Source: an uncultured bacterium | Lineage (GTDB): Bacteria; Muiribacteriota; UBA6191 | Direction: 5' to 3' | Length of the DNA: 64,000 nt | Assembly (NCBI GenBank): GCA_964539825.1 | Contig: CAZIKF010000005.1 | Coordinates: 84,271 to 148,270 of the forward strand | Shown here: in pieces, positions 10,171 through 18,575 of the stretch | Position numbering within the stretch: the first letter of the stretch is position 1 | How the letters are laid out: each line of letters opens with the position of its first letter | Position numbers and translations under genes: made by a program | The notes under the pieces: model-generated | Seen by the model: the letters and a program-made list of their open reading frames with translations, nothing else | What the model was told of the DNA's origin: nothing | Database searches by the model: none

Positions 10171-10344
10171 GGGTACGCTATGCCATTTACGATGAAACTT
10201 ACATATGTCGTCCTATTTTTGGTGCCACTCGCTATCCTTTTGTTCTACATTTTAGGCCTACCGTTTTTGACGCTGTGGGCTGGCGAAGACGCACAAGTCG
10301 AAGTTAAAGCCGATGAACTGGATGAAGTCGAAGAGGATACCCTC

Positions 10345-10696
10345 GGGGGTGTAAGGATTCGACAGGCTAGTGCTGAGTAGATTTGCAATCCGAAGTTGAT
10401 GGAATGGCTTCGTAAAAATTCCATCACCAATACTTGCTGACGATGAGTTAGCCATGGCTGCCTAAGAGTGCATGCCACGTCAGTTCCAGAGTTCACCGGG
10501 CTTTGGAAATCTGGCGTCGATCTTCCGGTGTATACCGATCAGGGGTCCACCTCCTGTGAGATGAATAATCAGGTGGATAAGCCGTGGCTGGTTTGCCAGT
10601 GGACAGGTCATGGCCGACAATTAAACACTGAATATGATTGTAGACGGTTTATTTGAATCTTGTACCTGGACGGGAGTTCGATTCTCCCCACCTCCA
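10345..10696 (+). ncRNA. ssrA: tmRNA (transfer-messenger RNA), standard one-piece form
   Basis: 5' end GGGGGUGUAAGGAUUCGACAGG. 3' end GGACGGGAGUUCGAUUCUCCCCACCUCCA, with a T-arm and a 7-bp acceptor stem carrying a G3.U pair. Discriminator is A and CCA is not encoded. The internal tag ORF ends GCT GAC GAT GAG TTA GCC ATG GCT GCC TAA (...ADDELAMAA*). It is followed by a terminator. Confidence 0.85.
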
Positions 10697-10706
10697 TAAA
10701 AAAAAA

Positions 10707-10733
10707 CCGCCCAAAGTAAGGGCGGTTTTTTTT
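10707..10733 (+). terminator. Rho-independent terminator of ssrA (CCGCCC-aaagtaa-GGGCGG + T8)
   Basis: Perfect 6-bp GC stem with a 7-nt loop followed by TTTTTTTT, 10 nt after the tmRNA 3' end. Confidence 0.8.
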
Positions 10734-10838
10734 AACTCACTGTTAAAGCCGGGGATGCCCCCTCAGAAACCACCCTCAGTAAGGGCGGTTTTTTTAACTC
10801 ACTATTAAGGCTGGGGATAGCCCCTCAGAAGACCAACC
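10714..10838. repeat. Tandem direct duplication of about 63 bp (two units, roughly 85% identical) holding the terminator T-tract plus the 3'-terminal codons of lexA
   Basis: Unit 1 (10714-10776): agtaagggcggttttttttaactcactgttaaagccggggatgccccctcagaaaccaccctc. Unit 2 (10777-10838): agtaagggcggtttttttaactcactattaaggctggggatagcccctcagaagaccaacc. Unit 2 encodes the true lexA C-terminus (...LLRGYPQP*); unit 1 is a pseudo-copy (GWFLRGHPRL). Confidence 0.8.
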
Positions 10839-11410
10839 ATAACACCTATTACATCTACCTCCCCATGGATTCGAATGGGTTCCATCGTTGCGTTTGCAGG
10901 TTGAAGACGGATGTGATCCTTTTCCTGGTAATACTTTTTTAGCGTCATGGCGCCCTCGTAACACACCACCGCTACCTGCCCGTTTTGGGCATAAGAAGAC
11001 TCCTCAATCAAAATTAAATCCCCATTTAGTATGTGCTCCTCCACCATGGAGTCACCCCGGACTTCCAGGGCAAATACCGGCTCTCGGTTGCGCAGGATTC
11101 CCTCCGGAAGGACTACTTCATCGAATTGTTCAAAAACCTCTACTAGTAGACCTGCCGGAACCACACCACGCAGGGGAATGGAGCGAGCGGAAGAAGGGGT
11201 ATTTTTCAGTAGGTGAATGCTTCGTTTTTGCTTATGAGAACGACGGATATACCCCTTTTTTTCCAGTGCCTGAAGATGCTGAATCACGGTGGAGTTTGCC
11301 GAATACCCAAATCGCTTCTGAATCTCCACAGTCTGGGGAGTCATACCGCGCTCATTCTCATAGGAGCAGATATACTGGTAGATCTCTTCTTGCCTTGCTG
11401 ACAACTTCAT
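10805..11410 (-). CDS. lexA: LexA repressor (SOS regulator, S24 peptidase)
   Basis: N-terminal LexA wHTH (LSARQEEIYQYI...TPQTVEIQKRFGYSANSTVIQHLQALEKKGYIRR). Ala-Gly autocleavage site (VVPAG). S24 catalytic Ser (GDSM) and Lys (TLKKY). Start trimmed to MKLSARQ, which is preceded by a GGAGGGG RBS. Confidence 0.85.
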   Translation of the reverse strand: MKLSARQEEIYQYICSYENERGMTPQTVEIQKRFGYSANSTVIQHLQALEKKGYIRRSHKQKRSIHLLKNTPSSARSIPLRGVVPAGLLVEVFEQFDEVVLPEGILRNREPVFALEVRGDSMVEEHILNGDLILIEESSYAQNGQVAVVCYEGAMTLKKYYQEKDHIRLQPANATMEPIRIHGEVDVIGVMVGLLRGYPQP

Positions 11411-11542
11411 CACCCCTCCAGGATCATTCCCATCAAGAAGAGAATAACCGAGACAGTACCGAGACAACAAGAGTTTGATAGTTGAATGAATGGAGTCCTG
11501 GCTAAATCAACCGAATTCAAGTGCTGATTTTCTTGTATTCAA

Positions 11543-13285
11543 CTAGTCAAAGACAAGGTCTGAAAGAGGTCGGGAGCAACAGGTTAAAATGAATCCCGCC
11601 TCTTGATCATCATCACTGAGTCCATCAGTAGATTCCGACTCAACCTTTCCGGACTGCATTTTAACTTTGCACGTACCGCAACTACCACTACGACAGGAGA
11701 AGTCGATTTCAACTCCTTCTTCTTCAGCTACATCCAGAATATAGTCATCGGCTCCACATTTAATCGCTCTACTGCTAGATTTGAACAAGATGGTGTGGTC
11801 GAATTCTTTCCTGGATGCGGTCTTGGTTGTAGCTTTTGTATCCTCCTGCGGCTTTTGATCTGGATTTAAAATCGTAGGACTTCCCGATTCTCCGACTGAC
11901 TTGACCCTGTCTGACTTTCGGTCTGCTGAAGAAGTCTTTCTCGAATCCTCTTTCGTCTTGCCCTTACTTCCTCCAAAACTCTCTTCATGATAGTTTTGCA
12001 GGGGAAATCCAAGCTCATCGAACAGCGTTTTCACTGAGTCCATAAACTCCTCGGGGCCGCAGCAATATACCGAACGTTTTAGAAAGTCAGGACAACCTAA
12101 TTCAAGCAGTTTTTCAGAGACTCTCCCCGTATAACCCATCCAACCTTCACCAGGAGATGGACGGGTACAAGTAACCAGATATCTGAAATTTGACCGCTGC
12201 ACAGTCATTAACTCCAGTTCCTTCTGAAAAATAAGGTCGCTTGCGGCTCTGGCGCTATATAAAAAAACAACGTCGCAATCTGCATTTAGATCATGTAGCC
12301 AACGGCTCATAGACATACAGGGGGTAATCCCGCTTCCCCCAGCCAGAAACAAAATTTTCCTCAGGGGAGAAGTCAAACAGGTAAATTTTCCATTGGGTCC
12401 CCTCCCCTTCAAGCTGTCTCCAATTTTTAAATGATCATGAAGCCAATTAGAAACTAATCCGCCAGGCACTCTCTTCACAGTAATTGAAATTGCATGGGGT
12501 CTGGAAGGAGAAGAAGAAATGGTATATGAGCGCAGGATCCGCTTGGAATCAATTTCTAGCTCAAGGGTTATAAATTGACCGGGTTTGTAGCCAAACAAGA
12601 CTGGAGAAGATCCTCGAAAGACAAAGGTTTTAACATCGTGAGTCTCCTGGACAATGTTGACTACTCGCAATTCAATTTTCCCCCTGGTCCAGGTGTCCGT
12701 AGCAGTCTCGCTGAAGATCTTAGGGGCTATCGGGGTGGAATCAGTTTGAAGGCTTGGTTGCTCTTTGGATCTCGGTATTTGCTGGTCATCTAGAGAACCA
12801 TTAAGCGAATTTTCAACCAGACCTTTTTGAGAAATACCTGATGATTTCTTAGCGTCATCAATTGCCGGTAAGCTTTGTAGGTTCACCTTAAATTCCTCGT
12901 AAGCCTCCAGGCTTGGAGTAGTCAGTGATCCAAACAGGGAAGATTTGGACGCGGAAGCGATACGTTTTGAAAGGAAAAGCAAGTCCTGGATTAATAACGT
13001 ACTTTCAACCTCAGTCAAGCTGCCCAGAAGAGACTGAATATCATTTATCACGTTTCCCTTAAATTCCTCCGAGGATTTGGATTTCACATGGTCTTTCCAA
13101 AACTGGGAATAGCCTTCTCTTGTCCGGGGAAGGGCAGAACGTAAGGAATTACTTTTGCACCAATTCTCATTTCCAAGCATTTCTTGAAAGGTATTTGCCT
13201 CCTTGACGCTAATCTGAGAACCGGTCTCAGCAATCTGAACAAAAATATCAAATGGGATTTTTACCAGGGCTTCAAATTTTTCCAT
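11543..13285 (-). CDS. Flavoprotein reductase: FNR-like FAD/NAD(P)-binding domain with a C-terminal plant-type 2Fe-2S ferredoxin and an uncharacterised roughly 190-aa N-terminal domain
   Basis: RSYTISS (RxYS FAD motif). GGSGITP and VYCCGP (NAD-binding). Ferredoxin motif CRSGSCGTCKVK...ILTCC. The N-terminal 190 aa (MEKFEALVKIPFDIFVQIAETG...) have no recognisable motif. A Lys/Ser/Asp-rich linker lies between the reductase and Fd domains. Confidence 0.75.
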   Translation of the reverse strand: MEKFEALVKIPFDIFVQIAETGSQISVKEANTFQEMLGNENWCKSNSLRSALPRTREGYSQFWKDHVKSKSSEEFKGNVINDIQSLLGSLTEVESTLLIQDLLFLSKRIASASKSSLFGSLTTPSLEAYEEFKVNLQSLPAIDDAKKSSGISQKGLVENSLNGSLDDQQIPRSKEQPSLQTDSTPIAPKIFSETATDTWTRGKIELRVVNIVQETHDVKTFVFRGSSPVLFGYKPGQFITLELEIDSKRILRSYTISSSPSRPHAISITVKRVPGGLVSNWLHDHLKIGDSLKGRGPNGKFTCLTSPLRKILFLAGGSGITPCMSMSRWLHDLNADCDVVFLYSARAASDLIFQKELELMTVQRSNFRYLVTCTRPSPGEGWMGYTGRVSEKLLELGCPDFLKRSVYCCGPEEFMDSVKTLFDELGFPLQNYHEESFGGSKGKTKEDSRKTSSADRKSDRVKSVGESGSPTILNPDQKPQEDTKATTKTASRKEFDHTILFKSSSRAIKCGADDYILDVAEEEGVEIDFSCRSGSCGTCKVKMQSGKVESESTDGLSDDDQEAGFILTCCSRPLSDLVFD

Positions 13286-13326
13286 ATCGCGTTAAACTTC
13301 CAATTTCAACCAGTACTTTCTTGAAA

Positions 13327-16300
13327 TTAGCCTACCGAAGCAACCATTTTCTGTAGCCTCTCACAAACCGTAATTAAGATACTCTTCCCAATATAAGATT
13401 CCTGCTCGATGTAATGATGGAGCAGATCTCCCTTAACAACTATTAAAATGGCATAGTCAGAAGAGATTTTAATAGAAGCTGATCGCTTTTGATAGGTCAA
13501 AACACCTAGTTCTCCAATCACTTCTCCGGCTGAAATCTTGCCTACTATTTTCTCATGATTTCCAGTGTCTACAACAGCCTGAGCAGCACCCTCCTGGAGT
13601 ACATACATATCCTGGGCTGGCTCACCTCTATGGAAAAGCGGAGCACCTGCGACGTAACGCCTTACTTCGACATCACGGGCCAGGTTCGGCAACATACTTA
13701 CAGGTATATTTTGAAACATTGGGACCCTGCTGAGCATCAGTACCTTACTCATGGTTGGGACAGGCTCGACGGTAAACTCTTGATCTTCAGTAAGGCTACC
13801 CATCTGAAGAACTATTTCTGGATCCATCTTTGAGTTGCCGAGGTAAAAACCATTTCCATCCCCCAACTTAAAACTCTGTGAAAAGAGATGATTTTTCTCT
13901 ATGGAAGTTCCCAGCAGGCTGCCAAGGTCCTTTACCCAAAATTCATCGTTATGTTCGTAAATCAGCACATGTTGTTGAGAAACGGAAGGATGAGATAAAA
14001 CAAGATCATTCTCTCTGCCGGCCCCAATCTTGATGTGGTTCTTCGTGAATTCAACAATTTTTGGAGAAGCGCCCTTGATGATTACTTTCAGACTAAGCCT
14101 CGTCTTAGTTTGGGCTGGGGCAAATTCACCACAGACAAAATTCGCTGTCTCCTTCTTCAGCCAATGAAGACTAGAGGAGTTCATCAAAAGATGCTGAGCT
14201 AATTCCTTCGCTCTCTCGGGTCTAAATACACTTAAAGCTGAAAGGGCAATTGAACTAATACCAGGGTCTGTTTCTACAGAAATGTCTTCTAATATTTGAA
14301 GGGGCTGCTTTTGGTTGCGTATGACATCGGAAAACCCAAAGTTTAGGACCGCCACTTTATCTTCGGGGCTATCTGAAGAATTCCGGGGCTTCAATTTCAT
14401 TTGCAGAGCCTTAAAAACTTCTGTCTTCAGCCTGTTTTGAACTGAATCCACAATACTTTCTCTTTGGTCTGAATCCAATATGGAGGCTACTGTTTGACCA
14501 TCCATTAGAAAAAGAGACTGTGCTACTTTAATCTGATTATCAATATTCTTGATCGAAGGAATCAGATGCAACAATTCGATACAAACTCTTCTGGCGCGAA
14601 GTTCTAACTCTTTATCGATGAGTTCCAGATTTTCATTCTCAGACTCACGGTACAACTCCATAAGTGAGGACTGCTGAGAGGCAATGTCCAAAAGGCTGCT
14701 GAGAGCATTATTACACTTTCTCAGGGTCTCCTCGTCGCCACCCAAAAACTTATTCAGTATTTCCTTACATTTTTCGGAGTCAATATTGTAGAGACTTCGC
14801 AGCTTTTGAATTTCAGAGACCACCAAACTCTGGGCCTCTACAAGTAATTCACCCCTCTCATGCCCTACCTCAAGACCCTCTTCCTGCAATAGGCCTGCCA
14901 TCTTTAGTGCAGCCAGGGATCGCTTAGAAAGTTCGCTGATTATTGGTACCAGGTCACCGATCAGGACTCTTTCATATTGCAGCGAAGAATCCACGTTTGA
15001 AGGAGCCTCCTCCACCAGGAATAGTCTTCTAACATCCACCTGATCACAAGAAGTGAGTACCTTCTTCAGATGACTTACCCTGATTGCAAGTACTGCTCGG
15101 GCCTTATTCAACAAACCTCGATGAACTTCGGATATGGAAGAATTGCCCTTACCAGGTCCCGGAAGAATTTCCAGTGCGTCAACAAGGGGCGCTTCATAAA
15201 TTTCGGCCAAACGCAGTATCTCTTCTCGTTGATGCGCATTTACGTCTCCAACAAGGACTATAAAACCTTCTGTTGAAAGGGCCAAACTCATGGTGAATAA
15301 TTCCAAGTCCTTTTCTTCCGGAAGATTTTCACCTCTGTATTCATTTTCCTTGGAAGGTTCACCAATAACCAATAGATCTTCAGCTGAGGCACTATAATCA
15401 CGCATAGTGCTCTTGATTAAGGCCTCCACACTTTCTCGAAAGCTCCTCAGGCGCAATCGATCTCCCTCTTCACCAAACCTGTCTAAATCCAGAAAACTTG
15501 CATCTTCAACACCTAGCTCCAGTAGAATTTCTCCGTGCTCGGCATCGCTAACACCTATTTGATCGCGTATTTCCCGTAGAGTTTCTAAACTTTGAGCGGG
15601 ATTGGATTTACCTGATTCAATGAACTCTCGTAAAAGACCCTTGTAAATTTCTCTTCGTTTTCCGTGCGAAAAGCTTGGTAAGGTTTTGGCGAGAACATAT
15701 ATTTCATCTACTTTTAAATCATCTAAAGAGCGACCTTCCAAAACCTGGCTAAAGTCAAAATCTACATTCTTCAATTGTTTTAGGAGGCTCTTGACGATGG
15801 ACTCACGCTTGTACAGATCCTTGCTTCTTGAGAGAACCTGCCACAGCCAGACGGTACTCATGAAAACAACCAGAAACTGTAGGAGAGATCTTAGCCAAAA
15901 CGGATAACTTGATAGGACTGGATAAGCCCCAACTAAATAAAATATGTTTACTGAAAGAAAGGAGATTGTGCAAAAAATCTGGTGTTGAGCCATGGATTGA
16001 TCATTTTTTCCAGGGTGAACCGTTATCTTTTTGTGAATTCGCTCCACCATGGTCCAGAACAGATATCCTGCTAAAACAAAACCTGATAGGACAAGCGGAA
16101 CTGCTAGTATCCTGGGAACTAACTCCAATCCAGGTATCCAATAAAAGTCCTGGTGAAATCCATGTCTATACAATATGGCGAATAAGTCGGACTCTCTCGT
16201 CCAATCGCCAGAGAAGTAGTAATTCCAAGATCCTGAATAAAGCCAGAAATAGGCATAGAATCCGAGAATCAGTCCGAAGTAACCGTAATAAGTCAGCTTA

Positions 16301-17013
16301 CGCCCAGGCGACTCAATTTGCTGCCAATATTGTTTTTCAAGGTCTATATCAGGGCAGCCCTGTGTACATCCGACACAGGCGCTGACCTCGGTCTTATAGG
16401 GGCTGATGGTGCGACACATGGATTTGGATAGGTTTGTTTGACTATCGTAGGCCCTACTTTCCAACAAGCCGCCAGGTTCGGAATAGATCTTTTGAACGGG
16501 TGCCAGGGGGCAGAAATAGTGGCACCATGTTTTGCCACCAAAGTAAAAACCTATAGAAACCGCAGACAGAATCAAGACCAGGAAAAAAATTCCTAAAGCA
16601 ATACTCTCAGAGTTGATTAGAAGGATTCGAAGACATAGGCCTACGAACAAGATTCCAAACTGAACCATCCAATGATTTCTGGCCAACCATGAACCGGGGT
16701 GAATCAAATGTAGATTTCTATCCACCATCCCCGTTTTTGAATTAAAACGCGTCTTTACCAACTGGATGCCAAGGTTTCGGGGAATCTGCATCAGTGCTGA
16801 TAGAGGGCAGATTCTGCGCCACGCCTCATGCCCAAAGATCATTAGAAATACTGGAACTAAGGGAATCGCAATCGACCAAAAAACCGTTTTCCCATTGAAT
16901 GCGAAGAAGGATTCCAGCGGGTTATAGAAAAGAGAGAAAATAACCACAAACCAGCCACACACAAGTGCCCAGCGGACCAGGGAAATATTTCTTTCTGAAA
17001 AATTGGCAAACAT
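13327..17013 (-). CDS. Giant multidomain protein: N-terminal polytopic membrane Cys-cluster (NapH/CcoG/NosR-like polyferredoxin) module, a long helical region, an FHA domain and a C-terminal cyclic-nucleotide-binding domain
   Basis: Membrane region has RICPLSALMQIP, CHYFCPLAPV and CVGCTQGCPDID (CxxCxxxCP) between hydrophobic helices. FHA-like stretch: RLSLKVIIKGASPKIVEFTKNHIKIGAGRENDLVLSHPSVSQQHVLIYEHNDEFWVKDLGS. cNMP-binding stretch: FHRGEPAQDMYVLQEGAAQAVV...GEVIGELGVLTYQKRSASIKISSDYAILIV. Confidence 0.7.
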   Translation of the reverse strand: MFANFSERNISLVRWALVCGWFVVIFSLFYNPLESFFAFNGKTVFWSIAIPLVPVFLMIFGHEAWRRICPLSALMQIPRNLGIQLVKTRFNSKTGMVDRNLHLIHPGSWLARNHWMVQFGILFVGLCLRILLINSESIALGIFFLVLILSAVSIGFYFGGKTWCHYFCPLAPVQKIYSEPGGLLESRAYDSQTNLSKSMCRTISPYKTEVSACVGCTQGCPDIDLEKQYWQQIESPGRKLTYYGYFGLILGFYAYFWLYSGSWNYYFSGDWTRESDLFAILYRHGFHQDFYWIPGLELVPRILAVPLVLSGFVLAGYLFWTMVERIHKKITVHPGKNDQSMAQHQIFCTISFLSVNIFYLVGAYPVLSSYPFWLRSLLQFLVVFMSTVWLWQVLSRSKDLYKRESIVKSLLKQLKNVDFDFSQVLEGRSLDDLKVDEIYVLAKTLPSFSHGKRREIYKGLLREFIESGKSNPAQSLETLREIRDQIGVSDAEHGEILLELGVEDASFLDLDRFGEEGDRLRLRSFRESVEALIKSTMRDYSASAEDLLVIGEPSKENEYRGENLPEEKDLELFTMSLALSTEGFIVLVGDVNAHQREEILRLAEIYEAPLVDALEILPGPGKGNSSISEVHRGLLNKARAVLAIRVSHLKKVLTSCDQVDVRRLFLVEEAPSNVDSSLQYERVLIGDLVPIISELSKRSLAALKMAGLLQEEGLEVGHERGELLVEAQSLVVSEIQKLRSLYNIDSEKCKEILNKFLGGDEETLRKCNNALSSLLDIASQQSSLMELYRESENENLELIDKELELRARRVCIELLHLIPSIKNIDNQIKVAQSLFLMDGQTVASILDSDQRESIVDSVQNRLKTEVFKALQMKLKPRNSSDSPEDKVAVLNFGFSDVIRNQKQPLQILEDISVETDPGISSIALSALSVFRPERAKELAQHLLMNSSSLHWLKKETANFVCGEFAPAQTKTRLSLKVIIKGASPKIVEFTKNHIKIGAGRENDLVLSHPSVSQQHVLIYEHNDEFWVKDLGSLLGTSIEKNHLFSQSFKLGDGNGFYLGNSKMDPEIVLQMGSLTEDQEFTVEPVPTMSKVLMLSRVPMFQNIPVSMLPNLARDVEVRRYVAGAPLFHRGEPAQDMYVLQEGAAQAVVDTGNHEKIVGKISAGEVIGELGVLTYQKRSASIKISSDYAILIVVKGDLLHHYIEQESYIGKSILITVCERLQKMVASVG

Positions 17014-17157
17014 AGATCTATTCTCAAATTTTGAATCTAGCCTACGACATCGTTAAGTCTCAAACCAGATCTCCCGGCTAGAGAGAGTTATCGCAACAGG
17101 TTAAACACCAAATCTCTGCTATCTTCCTTCCTATATTTTCCTGGGTCCAAATAAATC

Positions 17158-18321
17158 CTATGTTCCCTTAAGTTTCTCACCCGAGGGTTCTGATTCGATT
17201 AATTTCTGAATTTGTTCATCATATTCTTGAATCAGGCGTATCCAGCTAAAGCGCTCCACTTGCCGCACCAGTTCCGTCTGCAGCCCTGAAATTTTCTCAG
17301 GGAACCTTAGCAGCCCTTCCAACCTGGATTCCAATTCAATTTCATCCTGATAGAGACACATTTTGTGAAGTCTGGTATTCAGGAGTTCTGGATAAGCAAG
17401 ACGATCTGGAAGAACTGGAAAACAGCCATGAAAAATAGCCTCCACGACACTGATTCCAAAATTCTCCTGGATGGCACAACTCACCACAATATCTCCTGCC
17501 GCCAGCCAGCCCAGGTACTCTTGCCTACTTTGTACAAATCCAAATTGCAGAATCTGGTCCCCGAACTCCTTCTTTGAATCTAGAAAAACTTTGGGCTGTG
17601 CCTGAAAGTTCTGACCTAGAACTACAAGTGAAAATTCCACTCCCTTCTGCTTTAGTTTTTTCATTACTGAAAAGAAAACCTCAGGGCATTTATCAAATTC
17701 CCAACGATGGTTCCAGACAACTAATGGAGGACCCTTTGAGAGCTTTTTAGGCTCGATACCCTCGACACCTAGCTCTACTCCCGGATACAGAACCGCACTT
17801 TTTTCAAGCAATTCTTGAACGACCCAGCGAGGCCGGTGATCCGGCATCATTTGAATGAGCGCTTGAACTCTTTCAAAGAAGAGGTCGCGGTGAAATTCAG
17901 AGTTAAACAATACTTTACTTGCGCACAAGGCAGAAGAAAGCTCTGTGAATCCAAACTGCACATCGAAACTCTCGCTTGCAGGAAGTGGATAAGTTAGTTG
18001 ACTCTCATGAAAATAAAGGATCGCCGGTGGACAGGCAGATCCCCATAACGCTTTAAGGTCCGCGAGGCTCAAAAGGTCAGTTACGACCATCGCCGCATAG
18101 ATACCCGGATCAGGAACCTTCCTTGCAAAATGTAAAGCCGCGCCCCGCATTCTCCATTTCCAAAAACGCATAGGGAGTGTAAAAAGATCGAATTCAAATC
18201 GAGAATGGCGACAGAGGCCTTCAGCAAATTGGCGGTGGGAGCCGCCATGAAAGGACTCAAGAAAGAGTATCCGTATCATAGGGCATCCGGTAAGGAACAG
18301 ACCATGATATGATCTGAACAA
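17158..18321 (-). CDS. Glycosyltransferase, GT4 C-terminal domain with a DUF3524/GTDC1-like N-terminal domain
   Basis: N-terminus IRILFLESFHGGSHRQFAEGL. C-terminus ENFGISVVEAIFHGCFPVLPDRLAYPELL (GT4-type). The real start is possibly the internal Met at about 18279. Confidence 0.55.
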   Translation of the reverse strand: MFRSYHGLFLTGCPMIRILFLESFHGGSHRQFAEGLCRHSRFEFDLFTLPMRFWKWRMRGAALHFARKVPDPGIYAAMVVTDLLSLADLKALWGSACPPAILYFHESQLTYPLPASESFDVQFGFTELSSALCASKVLFNSEFHRDLFFERVQALIQMMPDHRPRWVVQELLEKSAVLYPGVELGVEGIEPKKLSKGPPLVVWNHRWEFDKCPEVFFSVMKKLKQKGVEFSLVVLGQNFQAQPKVFLDSKKEFGDQILQFGFVQSRQEYLGWLAAGDIVVSCAIQENFGISVVEAIFHGCFPVLPDRLAYPELLNTRLHKMCLYQDEIELESRLEGLLRFPEKISGLQTELVRQVERFSWIRLIQEYDEQIQKLIESEPSGEKLKGT

Positions 18322-18368
18322 TTATCTACAACCTCACAATAGCCAATAACCCCCAGAGAGGAGCTAAA

Positions 18369-18575
18369 ATGGCCCTGGTAAAACTTCAGTGTGTACAGTA
18401 TGGAAATTACTACATTAATCCGGAAAATATCACTTTTATAAGCTGCGGGGAAGAGGGAAAGGGAGAAGATGGAACCACGTCACAACAGATTTTCATTCAT
18501 TTTCGAGGAGGAGTAGAATCGGTAATGATCATGGTTGCTGACCAGGAAGAGGCCATAAAAGCACTTGATTCTTGA
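18369..18575 (+). CDS. Small hypothetical protein (68 aa)
   Basis: ORF only. Its stop overlaps the start of the methyltransferase gene (ATGA), suggesting translational coupling. Confidence 0.3.
   Translation: MALVKLQCVQYGNYYINPENITFISCGEEGKGEDGTTSQQIFIHFRGGVESVMIMVADQEEAIKALDS

Noticed and set aside
10162-10380. A 72-aa ORF called with a TTG start overlapping the 5' end of tmRNA
   Set aside because: The TTG is part of the extended -10 box TGTATAAT. The last about 12 codons are tmRNA tRNA-like-domain sequence. It is kept only as a low-probability leaderless small peptide in the findings, not as a CDS feature.
10697-11410. A prophage or genomic island integrated at tmRNA with a CI-like repressor
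   Set aside because: The S24 repressor has a bona fide LexA winged-helix N-domain and an AG cleavage site. No integrase, excisionase or phage structural gene follows. Only the small 63-bp duplication remains, reported separately.
11603-16541. Plus-strand ORFs (11603-11869, 12575-12793, 15909-16385 and others) inside the minus-strand redox gene block
   Set aside because: They are fully nested antisense ORFs within well-supported domain-bearing genes. No independent evidence supports them.
16528-16545. TGGCAC-N6-TTTGC sigma-54-like motif
   Set aside because: It lies inside the coding region of the 1228-aa gene on the opposite strand, and the spacing is one nucleotide off consensus. It is most likely fortuitous.
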